Assembly (NCBI GenBank): GCA_021372245.1
Contig: JAJFUV010000251.1
Coordinates: 14,799-78,798 of the forward strand
Length of the DNA stretch: 64,000 nucleotides
Source: Terriglobales bacterium
Lineage (GTDB): Bacteria; Acidobacteriota; Terriglobia; Bryobacterales; Bryobacteraceae
Direction of reading: 5' to 3'
The position numbers and the translations under genes are program-made. Below the pieces are notes generated by a model. The model was not told the DNA's origin. It saw only the letters and a program-made list of their open reading frames with translations, and did no database searches. Shown here piece by piece: positions 19,127 to 28,224 of the stretch. The first letter of the stretch is position 1. Each line of letters opens with the position of its first letter.

Positions 19127-20653
19127 ATGGCGCAGCGGCACAATTTTCCTTCAATTTGTATTGCTCTCGGTTTTACCCAGCCCGAGCTCTTGCTGCGGTA
19201 TGCGCGCCAGGAAGTCGAATCGGGTGAGAGGTTTCTCGAAATACGGCTGGACTACCTGCCCGTTCCTGAGCAGGGATTGAAGGTCGTTCGGACTTTGCTC
19301 AAGGAATCCCCCGATTGCACGATCCTGGCGACCTGCCGGCGCCATCAAAACGGAGGGCGGTTCAACGGGGGCGTCGAGGAGCAGATGCATCTGCTCGAGG
19401 CGGCCGTCGAGGAAGGCGCGCGAGCTGTCGACGTGGAGATCGAAACCGCGGAGACGACGATCCCCGTGATCGAAATGCTGCGTTCCAAGTGCCGTGTGGT
19501 GATCTCGTATCACAACTACACCGGCACGCCCGCGCTCGATTCCGTCCTGCGGCGCCTGGCCAGGGTTCCGGCGGATGTTTACAAGATCGTGACCACGGCG
19601 CGCAAGCCGTCGGACAATATGCGCGTGCTGAACCTGGCCCGTACTCATGGGCGCCTGCCGCTGGTCGTATTGTCCATGGGTGAGAGCGGCTTTCCCACCC
19701 GCGTGCTTTCCACTCTGTGCGGCGGGCTGTACACCTACGCCGCGCCTCTGGCCACGGGGGGGACCGCCGCGGGTCAAGTCAGCGCCCACGCCCTGCGCCA
19801 CCTCTACCGCTGCGAGAAGATTTCCCGCAATGCAAAGATATACGGCGTGATCGCCGATCCGGTCTGCCACTCAATTTCTCCGGCGGTGCATAACCGCGCT
19901 TTTCAGGCCAAGCGGCTGGACGCGGTGTATCTGCCGTTCCTGGTGCACCCCGGGCAGCTCAAGGATTTCTTCGAACTGGCGGACAAGTTGCCAGTCGCGG
20001 GCTTCAGTGTCACCATTCCGCACAAGCAGAAGGTGCTGCGTTATCTGGATATCGTCGATCCGCTCGCGCGCCGTATCGGTGCGGTGAACACCGTCTGGCG
20101 CAAAGCGGGCAAATGGAGAGGCGCCAATACCGACGTCCCCGGCATCGTCGAGCCGCTTGCTCGCCACCTGCGGCTGGCCAAATCCACCATTCTGCTGGTG
20201 GGCAACGGCGGCGCGGCCCGCGGGGCCGCCTTCGCTCTCACCGATGCCGGAGCTAAACTGGCCATCGTGGGCCGCAACGCGGACCGTGTCCGGGCGCTGT
20301 CGAAAGCCTGCGACGCCGAGCCCCTCTCCATGGAACAGGTCCGCGCCAGGCACTTCGATGCGCTGGTCCACGCCACTCCCGTCGGTATGTTCCCGAAGGT
20401 AAACGAGTGCATCTTCCCAGATGCGATCCCGGCGGATGTGGTCTTCGACATGGTTTACAATCCGCTCGAAACCCTGCTTCTCAAGCGCGCACGGGCGCAG
20501 GGTAAGGCCGTGGTCACAGGGATGTCGATGTTCCTCGAACAGGCCGTGCATCAGTTCGAGATATGGACCGGAGAGTCCGCGCCCCGATCCGTCATGGAAC
20601 GTGCCGGGATCGAGGCGCTGTCTCATTGCGCGGACGGTGGAAACTCGAAATGA
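19127..20653 (+). CDS. aroDE: Bifunctional 3-dehydroquinate dehydratase (type I) / shikimate 5-dehydrogenase fusion
   Basis: The N-terminal half is AroD type-I-like (VDVEIE..., VISYHNY, VVLSMGESGFPTRVL). The C-terminal half is AroE-like (YGVIADPVCHSISPAVHNRAF, VTIPHK, NTD, GNGGAARG). Confidence 0.85.
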   Translation: MAQRHNFPSICIALGFTQPELLLRYARQEVESGERFLEIRLDYLPVPEQGLKVVRTLLKESPDCTILATCRRHQNGGRFNGGVEEQMHLLEAAVEEGARAVDVEIETAETTIPVIEMLRSKCRVVISYHNYTGTPALDSVLRRLARVPADVYKIVTTARKPSDNMRVLNLARTHGRLPLVVLSMGESGFPTRVLSTLCGGLYTYAAPLATGGTAAGQVSAHALRHLYRCEKISRNAKIYGVIADPVCHSISPAVHNRAFQAKRLDAVYLPFLVHPGQLKDFFELADKLPVAGFSVTIPHKQKVLRYLDIVDPLARRIGAVNTVWRKAGKWRGANTDVPGIVEPLARHLRLAKSTILLVGNGGAARGAAFALTDAGAKLAIVGRNADRVRALSKACDAEPLSMEQVRARHFDALVHATPVGMFPKVNECIFPDAIPADVVFDMVYNPLETLLLKRARAQGKAVVTGMSMFLEQAVHQFEIWTGESAPRSVMERAGIEALSHCADGGNSK

Positions 20654-20838
20654 CTGTCAAGCTATCGCGTAGGGAATTGAGTGTACTGGCACTGGCGCCG
20701 CGCCTGCTCGCTCAGGACGCCGCACCGCAGCCCGACCACAGCCGCGAGGCCTTTGAGCTGCGGCGCAAACAATCCGAGGCGCTTGCCCGGCGCGAAGTGC
20801 CTATGAGCACCGAGCCGGCTTTCATCTTCAAACCCTAG
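20650..20838 (+). CDS. Small hypothetical protein (62 aa) with a Tat-signal-like N-terminus, wedged between aroDE and the amidase
   Basis: The ATG overlaps the aroDE stop (ATGA), and the stop is 7 nt before the amidase ATG. MTVKLSRRELSVLALAPRLLAQD... High GC3 over most codons. Confidence 0.5.
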   Translation: MTVKLSRRELSVLALAPRLLAQDAAPQPDHSREAFELRRKQSEALARREVPMSTEPAFIFKP

Positions 20839-20845
20839 GCCAGCC

Positions 20846-22279
20846 ATGGCTAACTTCAACGAGGATGTTTTCTTTTCCACCGCCGTCGAACTGAACCGGC
20901 GGCTGGTCGCCAAAGAGTTTACCGCCGTGGAACTCGCCCGCGCTTTCGCCGAACGTTTGGAAACGGTCGGCCCGTCTCTCAACGCCTTGGCGCTCTCCCT
21001 GCGTAACAGGGGCATTGATGACGCCAAGGACGTAGACGGCGATTTGAAGCGGAATCGGCTGCGAGGTCCCCTGCAGGGTGTCCCCTACGGGGTGAAGGAC
21101 CTTCTGGCCGTTGCCAACCATCCCACCACGTGGGGCGCCAAACCTTACGCGAAGCAGGTCTTCGATTACGACGCCAGGGTTGTAAAGAAGCTCGATAAAA
21201 CCGGCGCCGTGTTGATCGGGAAGCTCGCCATGATCGAGCTGGCAGGCGGCGGCGGTTACCGTTACGCCAGCGCTTCCCTGACCGGGCCGGCGTTGAATCC
21301 GTGGGACCACACTCGGTGGGCCGGCGGATCGTCCAGCGGGCCGGCCGCGGCTGTGGCGGCGGGATTGGTGCCCTTCGCCATCGGTTCGGAGACCTGGGGA
21401 TCCATTCTCAATCCCTGCGCGAGTTGCGGCTTGACCGGCTTGCGTCCCACTTACGGGTACGTCAGTCGCGTCGGAGCCATGGCTCTTTCCTGGACCATGG
21501 ACAAGCTCGGGCCCATCTGCCACTCGGCGGAGGACTGCGGACGGGTGCTTCAGGTGATTTCCGGCGGCGATACCGACGATCCAAGCTCCGCGGGCAAAAG
21601 CTATTACTATGGCCCGCAGTACGCGCGGAATTTCCGGGATCTCAAGTTGGGATTCGCCGCGGTCGATTTTGATACTTGGCCTGAAGAGAACTGCCGGGCG
21701 CCGCTGCGTGAGGCCCTGGGTGTCCTTCGCACTATCCTGCCAACCGCTGTAGAGACGCGTCTCCCGGATTATCCGTATGGAGCTGTTGCCGGAACCGTTA
21801 TCACGGCGGAGGGCTCGGCGGTCTTCGAACCTCTCATCACGAGCGGCAGAATCGACGAGCTCGCCGACAAGCGGCAGATTGCTTCCCTGAAGGCCGGCCT
21901 GGAGATTCCCGCCAAGGACTATCTGAAGGCCATGCGCATCCGCTCCCTCATCCAGCAGGATCTGAGGGAACTCTTTACCCGCGTTGACGTGCTAGTCTCG
22001 CCTAGCACGTTCAGCATCGCGCCAAAGATTACCGAACCGCTGGACCGGCGCCGCACTGCAGCCCCCCGGCCCAAGGACCGCGGCGTTTCCGATCTGGGGG
22101 CCGCCGGCAACCTGGCCGGACTGCCCGCTCTTTGCCTGCCCTGCGGCTTTGCCGACGGTATGCCGGTCGGGATTCAGCTCGTCGGAAGGGCTTTTTCCGA
22201 AAACACCCTCCTGGCCATCGGAGCCGAGTTCCAACGCCGCACGGATTGGCATAAACGCCGCCCCGGCTCGCAGAAATGA
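20846..22279 (+). CDS. Amidase-signature enzyme (GatA-like amidase family)
   Basis: Amidase signature GGSSSGPAAAVAAGLVPFAIGSETWGSILNPCASCGLTGLRPTYG and the upstream catalytic Lys context GVPYGVKD. No signal peptide. Confidence 0.88.
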   Translation: MANFNEDVFFSTAVELNRRLVAKEFTAVELARAFAERLETVGPSLNALALSLRNRGIDDAKDVDGDLKRNRLRGPLQGVPYGVKDLLAVANHPTTWGAKPYAKQVFDYDARVVKKLDKTGAVLIGKLAMIELAGGGGYRYASASLTGPALNPWDHTRWAGGSSSGPAAAVAAGLVPFAIGSETWGSILNPCASCGLTGLRPTYGYVSRVGAMALSWTMDKLGPICHSAEDCGRVLQVISGGDTDDPSSAGKSYYYGPQYARNFRDLKLGFAAVDFDTWPEENCRAPLREALGVLRTILPTAVETRLPDYPYGAVAGTVITAEGSAVFEPLITSGRIDELADKRQIASLKAGLEIPAKDYLKAMRIRSLIQQDLRELFTRVDVLVSPSTFSIAPKITEPLDRRRTAAPRPKDRGVSDLGAAGNLAGLPALCLPCGFADGMPVGIQLVGRAFSENTLLAIGAEFQRRTDWHKRRPGSQK

Positions 22280-23151
22280 GACAAATGTACAAATCCTTCT
22301 TTATCCTTCTGGTTGCCTGCGGCGCGCTCGCCGCCCAGGAACCGCGCACACAGTTGCTGTGGCCCGAGGGCGCGCCGGGCGCGGTCGGCACGCAAGATGC
22401 CGACAAGCCCAGCCTCACTATCTACCTGCCCCCTCCCGGCAAAAGCAATGGCACCGCGGTGGTGGTTTGTCCCGGCGGTGGTTACGCCGGGCTGGCAGTG
22501 TTGCATGAAGGACGCCAGGTGGGCTATTGGTTCAACTCATTTGGTGTTACGGCGTTCGTGCTCAAGTATCGCGTGGCGCCGCGATATCATCATCCGGCGC
22601 CGCTCAATGACGCACAGCGCGCCTTGCGTTGGGTCCGCTCGCATGCTGCCGAATTTGGCGTCGCGCCCGACCGCATCGGCATCATGGGCTTCTCCGCCGG
22701 CGGACATCTCACCTCCACCGCCGGGACGCACTATGACAAAGGCAACCCGTCCGCGGCCGACCCCATCGAACGCGCAAGCTGCCGCCCCGATTTCCTGATT
22801 CTCTGCTACCCGGTGATCAGCTTTACCGCCGAGTTCACCCACCGCGGTTCGCTGCGCAATCTGCTTGGTGACAATCCAGACCCGAAACTCGTTGAGAGCC
22901 TTTCGAACGAGAAACAGGTGACCGCCGACACGCCGCCCACGTTCCTGTTCCACACCAGCTCCGATACCGGCGTGCCGTCGCAGAACTCCGTTCTCTTTTA
23001 CCTGGCGCTGCGCGAGAAGGGAGTGCCGGCTGAGATGCACCTTTACGAACGCGGCCCGCATGGCGTGGGACTGGCGCCCTTTGAGCCCGCGCTATCCACC
23101 TGGAGCGACCGCCTGAAGGACTGGATGAAACTGCGCGGCCTGCTGCCATAA
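22276..23151 (+). CDS. Secreted alpha/beta hydrolase (esterase/lipase-like)
   Basis: Signal peptide (FFILLVACGALAAQE), oxyanion-type CPGGGY, nucleophile elbow GFSAGGH. The ATG overlaps the amidase stop (ATGA). Confidence 0.8.
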   Translation: MRQMYKSFFILLVACGALAAQEPRTQLLWPEGAPGAVGTQDADKPSLTIYLPPPGKSNGTAVVVCPGGGYAGLAVLHEGRQVGYWFNSFGVTAFVLKYRVAPRYHHPAPLNDAQRALRWVRSHAAEFGVAPDRIGIMGFSAGGHLTSTAGTHYDKGNPSAADPIERASCRPDFLILCYPVISFTAEFTHRGSLRNLLGDNPDPKLVESLSNEKQVTADTPPTFLFHTSSDTGVPSQNSVLFYLALREKGVPAEMHLYERGPHGVGLAPFEPALSTWSDRLKDWMKLRGLLP

Positions 23152-23224
23152 ACCGGAATTGATTTCCACGCCGGCCCGACATCGAGCGTCAGTGGTGTAG
23201 AAACTGATTACCCGGAGGACCGCC

Positions 23225-24769
23225 GTGCGCCTGTTCCTGCTGCTCTTCGCGCTGATCTGCTCGGCCGATGCGGCCGTAATCAAAGGCATCGTTCTCGACA
23301 ACATGACCGGGCGCCCGCTCGCCCGCACCAGGGTGGTGCTGCAGATCGTTGGAAGGGACAGCATCACAGCCAGCTCCACTTCGACCGGCTCGAACGGCCA
23401 GTTCGAATTCGACAAGCTCGCGGCCGGTTGGTGCCTGCTAAGCGCGGACCGCATGGGCTTTGCCACGGCGCACCACGGCCAGAAGTTGTGGAATTCGCCG
23501 GGTATGCCGCTGCACATCGACGAGGATTCCTCCACGTTTCTGACCCTGCGGATGCGTCGTCTCGGAGCCATCACCGGCACGGTGTTCGACGAAAACGATG
23601 TTGGCCTGCCTCAAGTCGACGTGCTGGCCTTTCGCGATACCCGCCCGCCATCCTTTGTTGCCAGGGCGCGGTCCGACGACCGCGGCGTCTACCGCATCGG
23701 CATGTTGGAACCCGGCCGCTACCTGATCCGGACAGGGCCGAAGCGCTTTTCCGAGGACTTCAACCTCGTGCCGACTTTCCACCGGGAAACGCTGCGCCTG
23801 GACGAGGCGCTGCCCGTGGATGTCCGGATGGAGGAGTACGCCGGCGAGGTGAACGTGAAACCCGAGCCGGGCAAACTGGTCTCACTCGATGTCGAGTGTG
23901 CACACCCCTGGTTCAGCCCGGTGCCGGTCCTGCTGGTTTCCGAGACCGGACGCATCCGGGGCACCACCAATTCCGCGGGCCGCGTCTCCTTCCACGGCCT
24001 GGCACCCGGCCAGTACGAGATCTTTGCCGGCAATCAGGGGATCGAGGCGGTTGGCGCCCGCGCCTACTGGCAGTACGGTGAGCCGCAGAGCGCATACACT
24101 ACGCTGTCGCTGGTGCGCGATCGCGAGGACCTGCGCGTGGGGCTTCGTCCCACGCCGACCATGCGCTTCTACATTCGGGATTCCGGCGGAACGCGCATCC
24201 GGCCCGACGCTGTGAGCGTGTGGCTCCGACGCAAGGACCTTGCGGGACCGGGCGAACCGCAGCGCCGCACGGGAGCGGATGCGAGGATACCGCCGGGACG
24301 CTGGGAGGTGCGCATCGAGACTCCGCCGGACATGTATCCGGTTTCGGCCGCTTCATCCTCCCTGCGGACCGGTCCCCCCGGGATCGTCGCCGCTGCCGAT
24401 TCTTGGACGGAGATGGTGGTTTGGGACTCCAGCGCCCCCATCCTGGAGGTCGTGGTGTCTCGTAACCCAGCTACGATTTACGGCAAAGTAACGGCTGCCG
24501 TGGGTGCGCCTGCCGTGGGCGCGCCGGTGTACCTGGAGCGGTGGGACGAACGCGAAGCCAGGCGGTTGGGAGAAATCCGCCGGGCCCTCACCGGCGCGCA
24601 AGGCATGTTCCGCTTTCGCGGCCTCGCTCCCGGCGCCTACCGCCTCGTGTCGAGCTTCGACTTCGATGCGCCTGGCGAGGACCTCATGCCGAACGTGCAG
24701 CCCAAGCTCGTCCGGGCCGCCGAAGGCGGAACCGTCGAAGCGAATCTCGATCTCTTCGTGATGCAGTAA
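23225..24769 (+). CDS. Secreted carboxypeptidase-regulatory-like (CarboxypepD_reg) repeat protein
   Basis: Signal peptide MRLFLLLFALICSADA followed by AVIKGIVLDNMTGRPLARTRVVL. The motif pattern recurs (GAITGTVFDENDVGLP, IYGKVTAAVGAPAVGAPVYL, GMFRFRGLAPGAYRL). GTG start. Confidence 0.7.
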   Translation: MRLFLLLFALICSADAAVIKGIVLDNMTGRPLARTRVVLQIVGRDSITASSTSTGSNGQFEFDKLAAGWCLLSADRMGFATAHHGQKLWNSPGMPLHIDEDSSTFLTLRMRRLGAITGTVFDENDVGLPQVDVLAFRDTRPPSFVARARSDDRGVYRIGMLEPGRYLIRTGPKRFSEDFNLVPTFHRETLRLDEALPVDVRMEEYAGEVNVKPEPGKLVSLDVECAHPWFSPVPVLLVSETGRIRGTTNSAGRVSFHGLAPGQYEIFAGNQGIEAVGARAYWQYGEPQSAYTTLSLVRDREDLRVGLRPTPTMRFYIRDSGGTRIRPDAVSVWLRRKDLAGPGEPQRRTGADARIPPGRWEVRIETPPDMYPVSAASSSLRTGPPGIVAAADSWTEMVVWDSSAPILEVVVSRNPATIYGKVTAAVGAPAVGAPVYLERWDEREARRLGEIRRALTGAQGMFRFRGLAPGAYRLVSSFDFDAPGEDLMPNVQPKLVRAAEGGTVEANLDLFVMQ

Positions 24770-24797
24770 GCACCAAGATCGAGTCCGCCAGGTTGCG

Positions 24798-25589
24798 CTA
24801 GCGATTCAGGAATTCGCTCATCGCGGCGGCCACTTCCGCCGGTTTTTCATGCGTCAGCCAGTGCGACACTCCGGCAATCCAGCGCATGCGGATATTGGCG
24901 CGTTCGGGAATACGCAGAAGTGCCAATGCCGGCTTGGCCTCTCCACGGTCGCCGTAAATCTCCAGGATCGGCACATTCGTGGTCTTCAGAAACTCCTGGC
25001 CGTCCCACCGGCGCCAGCACGTTCCGAAGGCTCTCTTCTGCTCCTCGGTCCACTTCGCCGTCACGGCCTGCCGCTCTGCGTCGATGGCGTCCTTCAACTC
25101 CGGCGTGAGCGTGTTGCTCATCTTGCCCGGGAACGCCTCACGGGGCGCGTCGGCGTTGGTCCACCCTTCCACCGACAGCACGCCTCTCACTCGTCGCGGC
25201 TCAACGCGCGCCACTTCCAGCGCTACCATGCCGCCGATGCTGTGCCCGCCGATGTAAAACTTGCGCCACCGCTCCTTATTCGCCACACGTATAACATCCG
25301 ATGCGAACTGCTCGATGGATCCGTTGGCCGGTGGCGGCCAACTCCCGCCGTGTCCGCGCAGTTCCACGAGCAGCAGCGGGATGTCCGCATCCAGGTGCGG
25401 CACTATGGCGTCCCACTCGCGATTGTCATGAAAGCTGCCCGGGATGAGGATGAGGCCCGGCCCGCTCCCGCCGCGCACCTCATAGGAGACATGTCCTTCG
25501 GCGGTCGGAATCTGTTTGCGGACGAATCCCGCTCCGCCGGCGAACAGGGCGCAAGCTGAAAGCATCAGGCTCAGCGCTGCGCGGGTCAA
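24798..25589 (-). CDS. Alpha/beta hydrolase
   Basis: Nucleophile elbow IGGHSIGG and HGGSW-type oxyanion region. Probable signal peptide. TTG 25589 or ATG 25565 as the start. Confidence 0.75.
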   Translation of the reverse strand: MTRAALSLMLSACALFAGGAGFVRKQIPTAEGHVSYEVRGGSGPGLILIPGSFHDNREWDAIVPHLDADIPLLLVELRGHGGSWPPPANGSIEQFASDVIRVANKERWRKFYIGGHSIGGMVALEVARVEPRRVRGVLSVEGWTNADAPREAFPGKMSNTLTPELKDAIDAERQAVTAKWTEEQKRAFGTCWRRWDGQEFLKTTNVPILEIYGDRGEAKPALALLRIPERANIRMRWIAGVSHWLTHEKPAEVAAAMSEFLNR

Positions 25590-25592
25590 TTC

Positions 25593-26945
25593 TTACGCCT
25601 CCAATCCCATCTGCGACAAGCGATAGCGCAGCGCATTACGCGTGAGCCCGAGCAGACGCGCGGCCTGGCTCTTGTTGCCTTCCGCGCGCCGCAACGCTTC
25701 GCGGATGAGTGCCTGCTCGTACGTGTCAAGCGTCATTCCATCCGGCAGAAACGCCTCCACGGAGTTGGCCGGTCGCGCGCGCGGCGACAGGTCCAACTTG
25801 ATATCATCGACGTCCAGCTTGGTGCCCGTGCACAATACCAGGCTCCGTTCGATCACGTTTTCCAATTCGCGCACGTTGCCGGGCCAGTGGTAGGACAGCA
25901 GCTTCTCCATGGCCGCCTCGGTGAGGGACTCGACGCGGCTGCCTGAATCGCGCGCCAGCTTCTTGACGAAGTGCTCGGCGAGCGGGGGAATGTCCTCGCG
26001 GCGCTCCCTCAACGGTGGGATGTTCATCGGCACCACGTTCAGCCGGTAATAGAGGTCCTCCCGGAAGGTGCCTTGTTCCAACGCGGCACGCAGATCCTGG
26101 TTCGTCGCGGCGATCACGCGCACGTCGATCCGCTTGGTCTTGTTGCTTCCCAACCGTTCCAGTTCCCGTTCCTGCAGGACACGCAGCAGCTTCACCTGCG
26201 TGGCCGCCGGCACATCCCCGATTTCATCGAGAAAGACTGTGCCCGTGTCGGCCTGCTCGAACTTGCCGGGCTTTGCCGCGATCGCTCCCGTGAAAGCGCC
26301 TTTCTCGAAGCCGAACAACTCGCTCTCCATCAGGTTTTCGGGAATCGCCGAGCAGTTGATCTTGACGAACGGCCGGTCCCGCCGCGGCGAGTGAAAATGC
26401 AGCGCCCGCGCGATCAGGTCCTTGCCGACCCCGCTCTCTCCGGCGAGCAGCACCGTGGCGCGCGTCGGCGCCACGCGCATGAGGGTCGAAAAGACCTCCT
26501 GCATCGCCGGACTGCCGCCGATGATGTTGTCGAACTCGTAGCGCCAGCCCAGTTCCTCGCGCAGCTTGCGGTTTTCATCGCGCAACGCGCGCACCTCGAT
26601 GGCCTTGTTCACCACTGCCATCAGGTGATCCAGCGAGAAGGGCTTCATCAGGAAGTCCACCGCGCCCGCCTTCATGGCCTCCACGGCGCTTTCCACCGTG
26701 CCGTAAGCGGTCATCACGATCACGGGGAGCTGCGAATTCTGCCGCCGCAGCAGTCCGAGCAGTTCGAGCCCGTCCATGCCGGGCAACCGCAGGTCCGTCA
26801 GCACCATGTCCGCGTGGTCGGCCAGCCGCAGGCCTTCCTCGGCCGTGCCGGCTTTGTCCACTTCGAAGCCCGCCGTTTGAAGCTGAAGCTCCAACACGCG
26901 CCGCAGTTTTTCTTCGTCTTCGACAACCAGGATTCTGTTTTTCAT
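25593..26945 (-). CDS. Sigma-54-dependent response regulator (NtrC family: receiver, AAA+ and Fis-type HTH domains)
   Basis: Receiver (ILVVEDEE...DMVLTDLRLPGMDG), Walker A GESGVGKD, GAFTGA loop (EKGAFTGA), C-terminal HTH (NKSQAARLLGLTRNALRYRL). Confidence 0.9.
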   Translation of the reverse strand: MKNRILVVEDEEKLRRVLELQLQTAGFEVDKAGTAEEGLRLADHADMVLTDLRLPGMDGLELLGLLRRQNSQLPVIVMTAYGTVESAVEAMKAGAVDFLMKPFSLDHLMAVVNKAIEVRALRDENRKLREELGWRYEFDNIIGGSPAMQEVFSTLMRVAPTRATVLLAGESGVGKDLIARALHFHSPRRDRPFVKINCSAIPENLMESELFGFEKGAFTGAIAAKPGKFEQADTGTVFLDEIGDVPAATQVKLLRVLQERELERLGSNKTKRIDVRVIAATNQDLRAALEQGTFREDLYYRLNVVPMNIPPLRERREDIPPLAEHFVKKLARDSGSRVESLTEAAMEKLLSYHWPGNVRELENVIERSLVLCTGTKLDVDDIKLDLSPRARPANSVEAFLPDGMTLDTYEQALIREALRRAEGNKSQAARLLGLTRNALRYRLSQMGLEA

Positions 26946-28195
26946 TTCTCTGCTTCGGTCCGCATGGGAAGGAACACGCGGAAAACGCTTCCACGGCCGG
27001 CTTCGCTCTCGACCGCGATCTTTCCGCCGTGCTCATCTACAATCTTGGACACAATGGCAAGCCCCAGGCCAACGCCATCGGCCTTGGTGGTAAAGAACGG
27101 ATTGAAGATGCTCTCCAGGTCTTTCGTGTTGATGCCCGAGCCGCGGTCGATTACGCTCACCTCGACGCGCGAATCTGTTTGCCGCGTCTTCACCGTGATG
27201 GCACCGCCCGCCATCGATGCCTGCGCCGCGTTCAGGAGCAGATTGAGGATGACGCGTTCAATCAGGTCGGCGTCGAACAGGAACGGCGGAATGTCCGGCG
27301 AATAGTTCTTGTAGATCGTGACGTCGAACGGAGGATCGTGCCGTTGGAGTTGTGCCACCACGCGGTCGATCACGTCGGCGATGTCGGCCTGTATCAGGCG
27401 CAGATGGAAAGGACGCGAAAATTCCAGGAAGCGCGTGATGAGCGCGTTCGTGCGGTCCACCTCCGTTGATATGTAGCCCGCCAGTTCGCGCGCCACTTCG
27501 TTCTCCCCGCTCACATTCTTCACCAGCATCTCGGCCGAAGCGCGCATGGTGCCCAGGGGATTGCGCAGTTCGTGCGCCAAACCCGCGGTGAGCTGCCCCA
27601 GCGCCGCCAACCGCTCGGAACGGCGCACCGCCGCTTCGGCTTCGCGCAGATTGCGATTGGCTTCGGCCAACTGCTGGGCCGCATGCTCGTGCTTACGCGC
27701 CTCCACGCGCGTCGATTCGGCCAGCCGGTACGTCAGGTAGCCCACCGCGCTCAAAAACGCCAGCCGCAAGCCCAACTCGTAAACCTGATCCGGATCGATG
27801 GTCAACCGCCCCCAATCGAAGAACACCGGAAGCAGGAACGAGAGGTACGACGCGCAGGCCAACAGGGTGAACAGGGACACGCCCAAGGCACCCAGCGTGG
27901 TGGCCGCCGATAGGATCGGGATCAACAGGATCAGGTAGTAGCTGCTGGCCACCCCGCCCGTGAATCCAATAAGCAGGAAGCCCAAACCCAGCTTCACCAG
28001 GATCGAAACAATCACGCCCCGCGCCGTGTTCAGCACCGGCACTTTGTATTCGACCACCTGATATATGGCCAGTGTGAACAGGATGGCAACAGCCGGAGGA
28101 TTCCGTTCCGGAGTGAGCGCGGCGAGCCCCGTGCAAAGTAGCAGCCAGACGAAATCTTGAGGCCGGATGAAAGATAACCAGCGGCGGATGTCCAC
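26942..28195 (-). CDS. Sensor histidine kinase with a polytopic membrane N-terminal domain
   Basis: About six TM helices, then H-box LTAGLAHELRNPL, N-box LLNAAQA and G-boxes DRGSGI / GVGLGL. The stop overlaps the response-regulator ATG (ATGA). GTG start. Confidence 0.88.
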   Translation of the reverse strand: MDIRRWLSFIRPQDFVWLLLCTGLAALTPERNPPAVAILFTLAIYQVVEYKVPVLNTARGVIVSILVKLGLGFLLIGFTGGVASSYYLILLIPILSAATTLGALGVSLFTLLACASYLSFLLPVFFDWGRLTIDPDQVYELGLRLAFLSAVGYLTYRLAESTRVEARKHEHAAQQLAEANRNLREAEAAVRRSERLAALGQLTAGLAHELRNPLGTMRASAEMLVKNVSGENEVARELAGYISTEVDRTNALITRFLEFSRPFHLRLIQADIADVIDRVVAQLQRHDPPFDVTIYKNYSPDIPPFLFDADLIERVILNLLLNAAQASMAGGAITVKTRQTDSRVEVSVIDRGSGINTKDLESIFNPFFTTKADGVGLGLAIVSKIVDEHGGKIAVESEAGRGSVFRVFLPMRTEAEK

Positions 28196-28224
28196 GCTGC
28201 CATCTTAACCGGAGTTATGCCACA

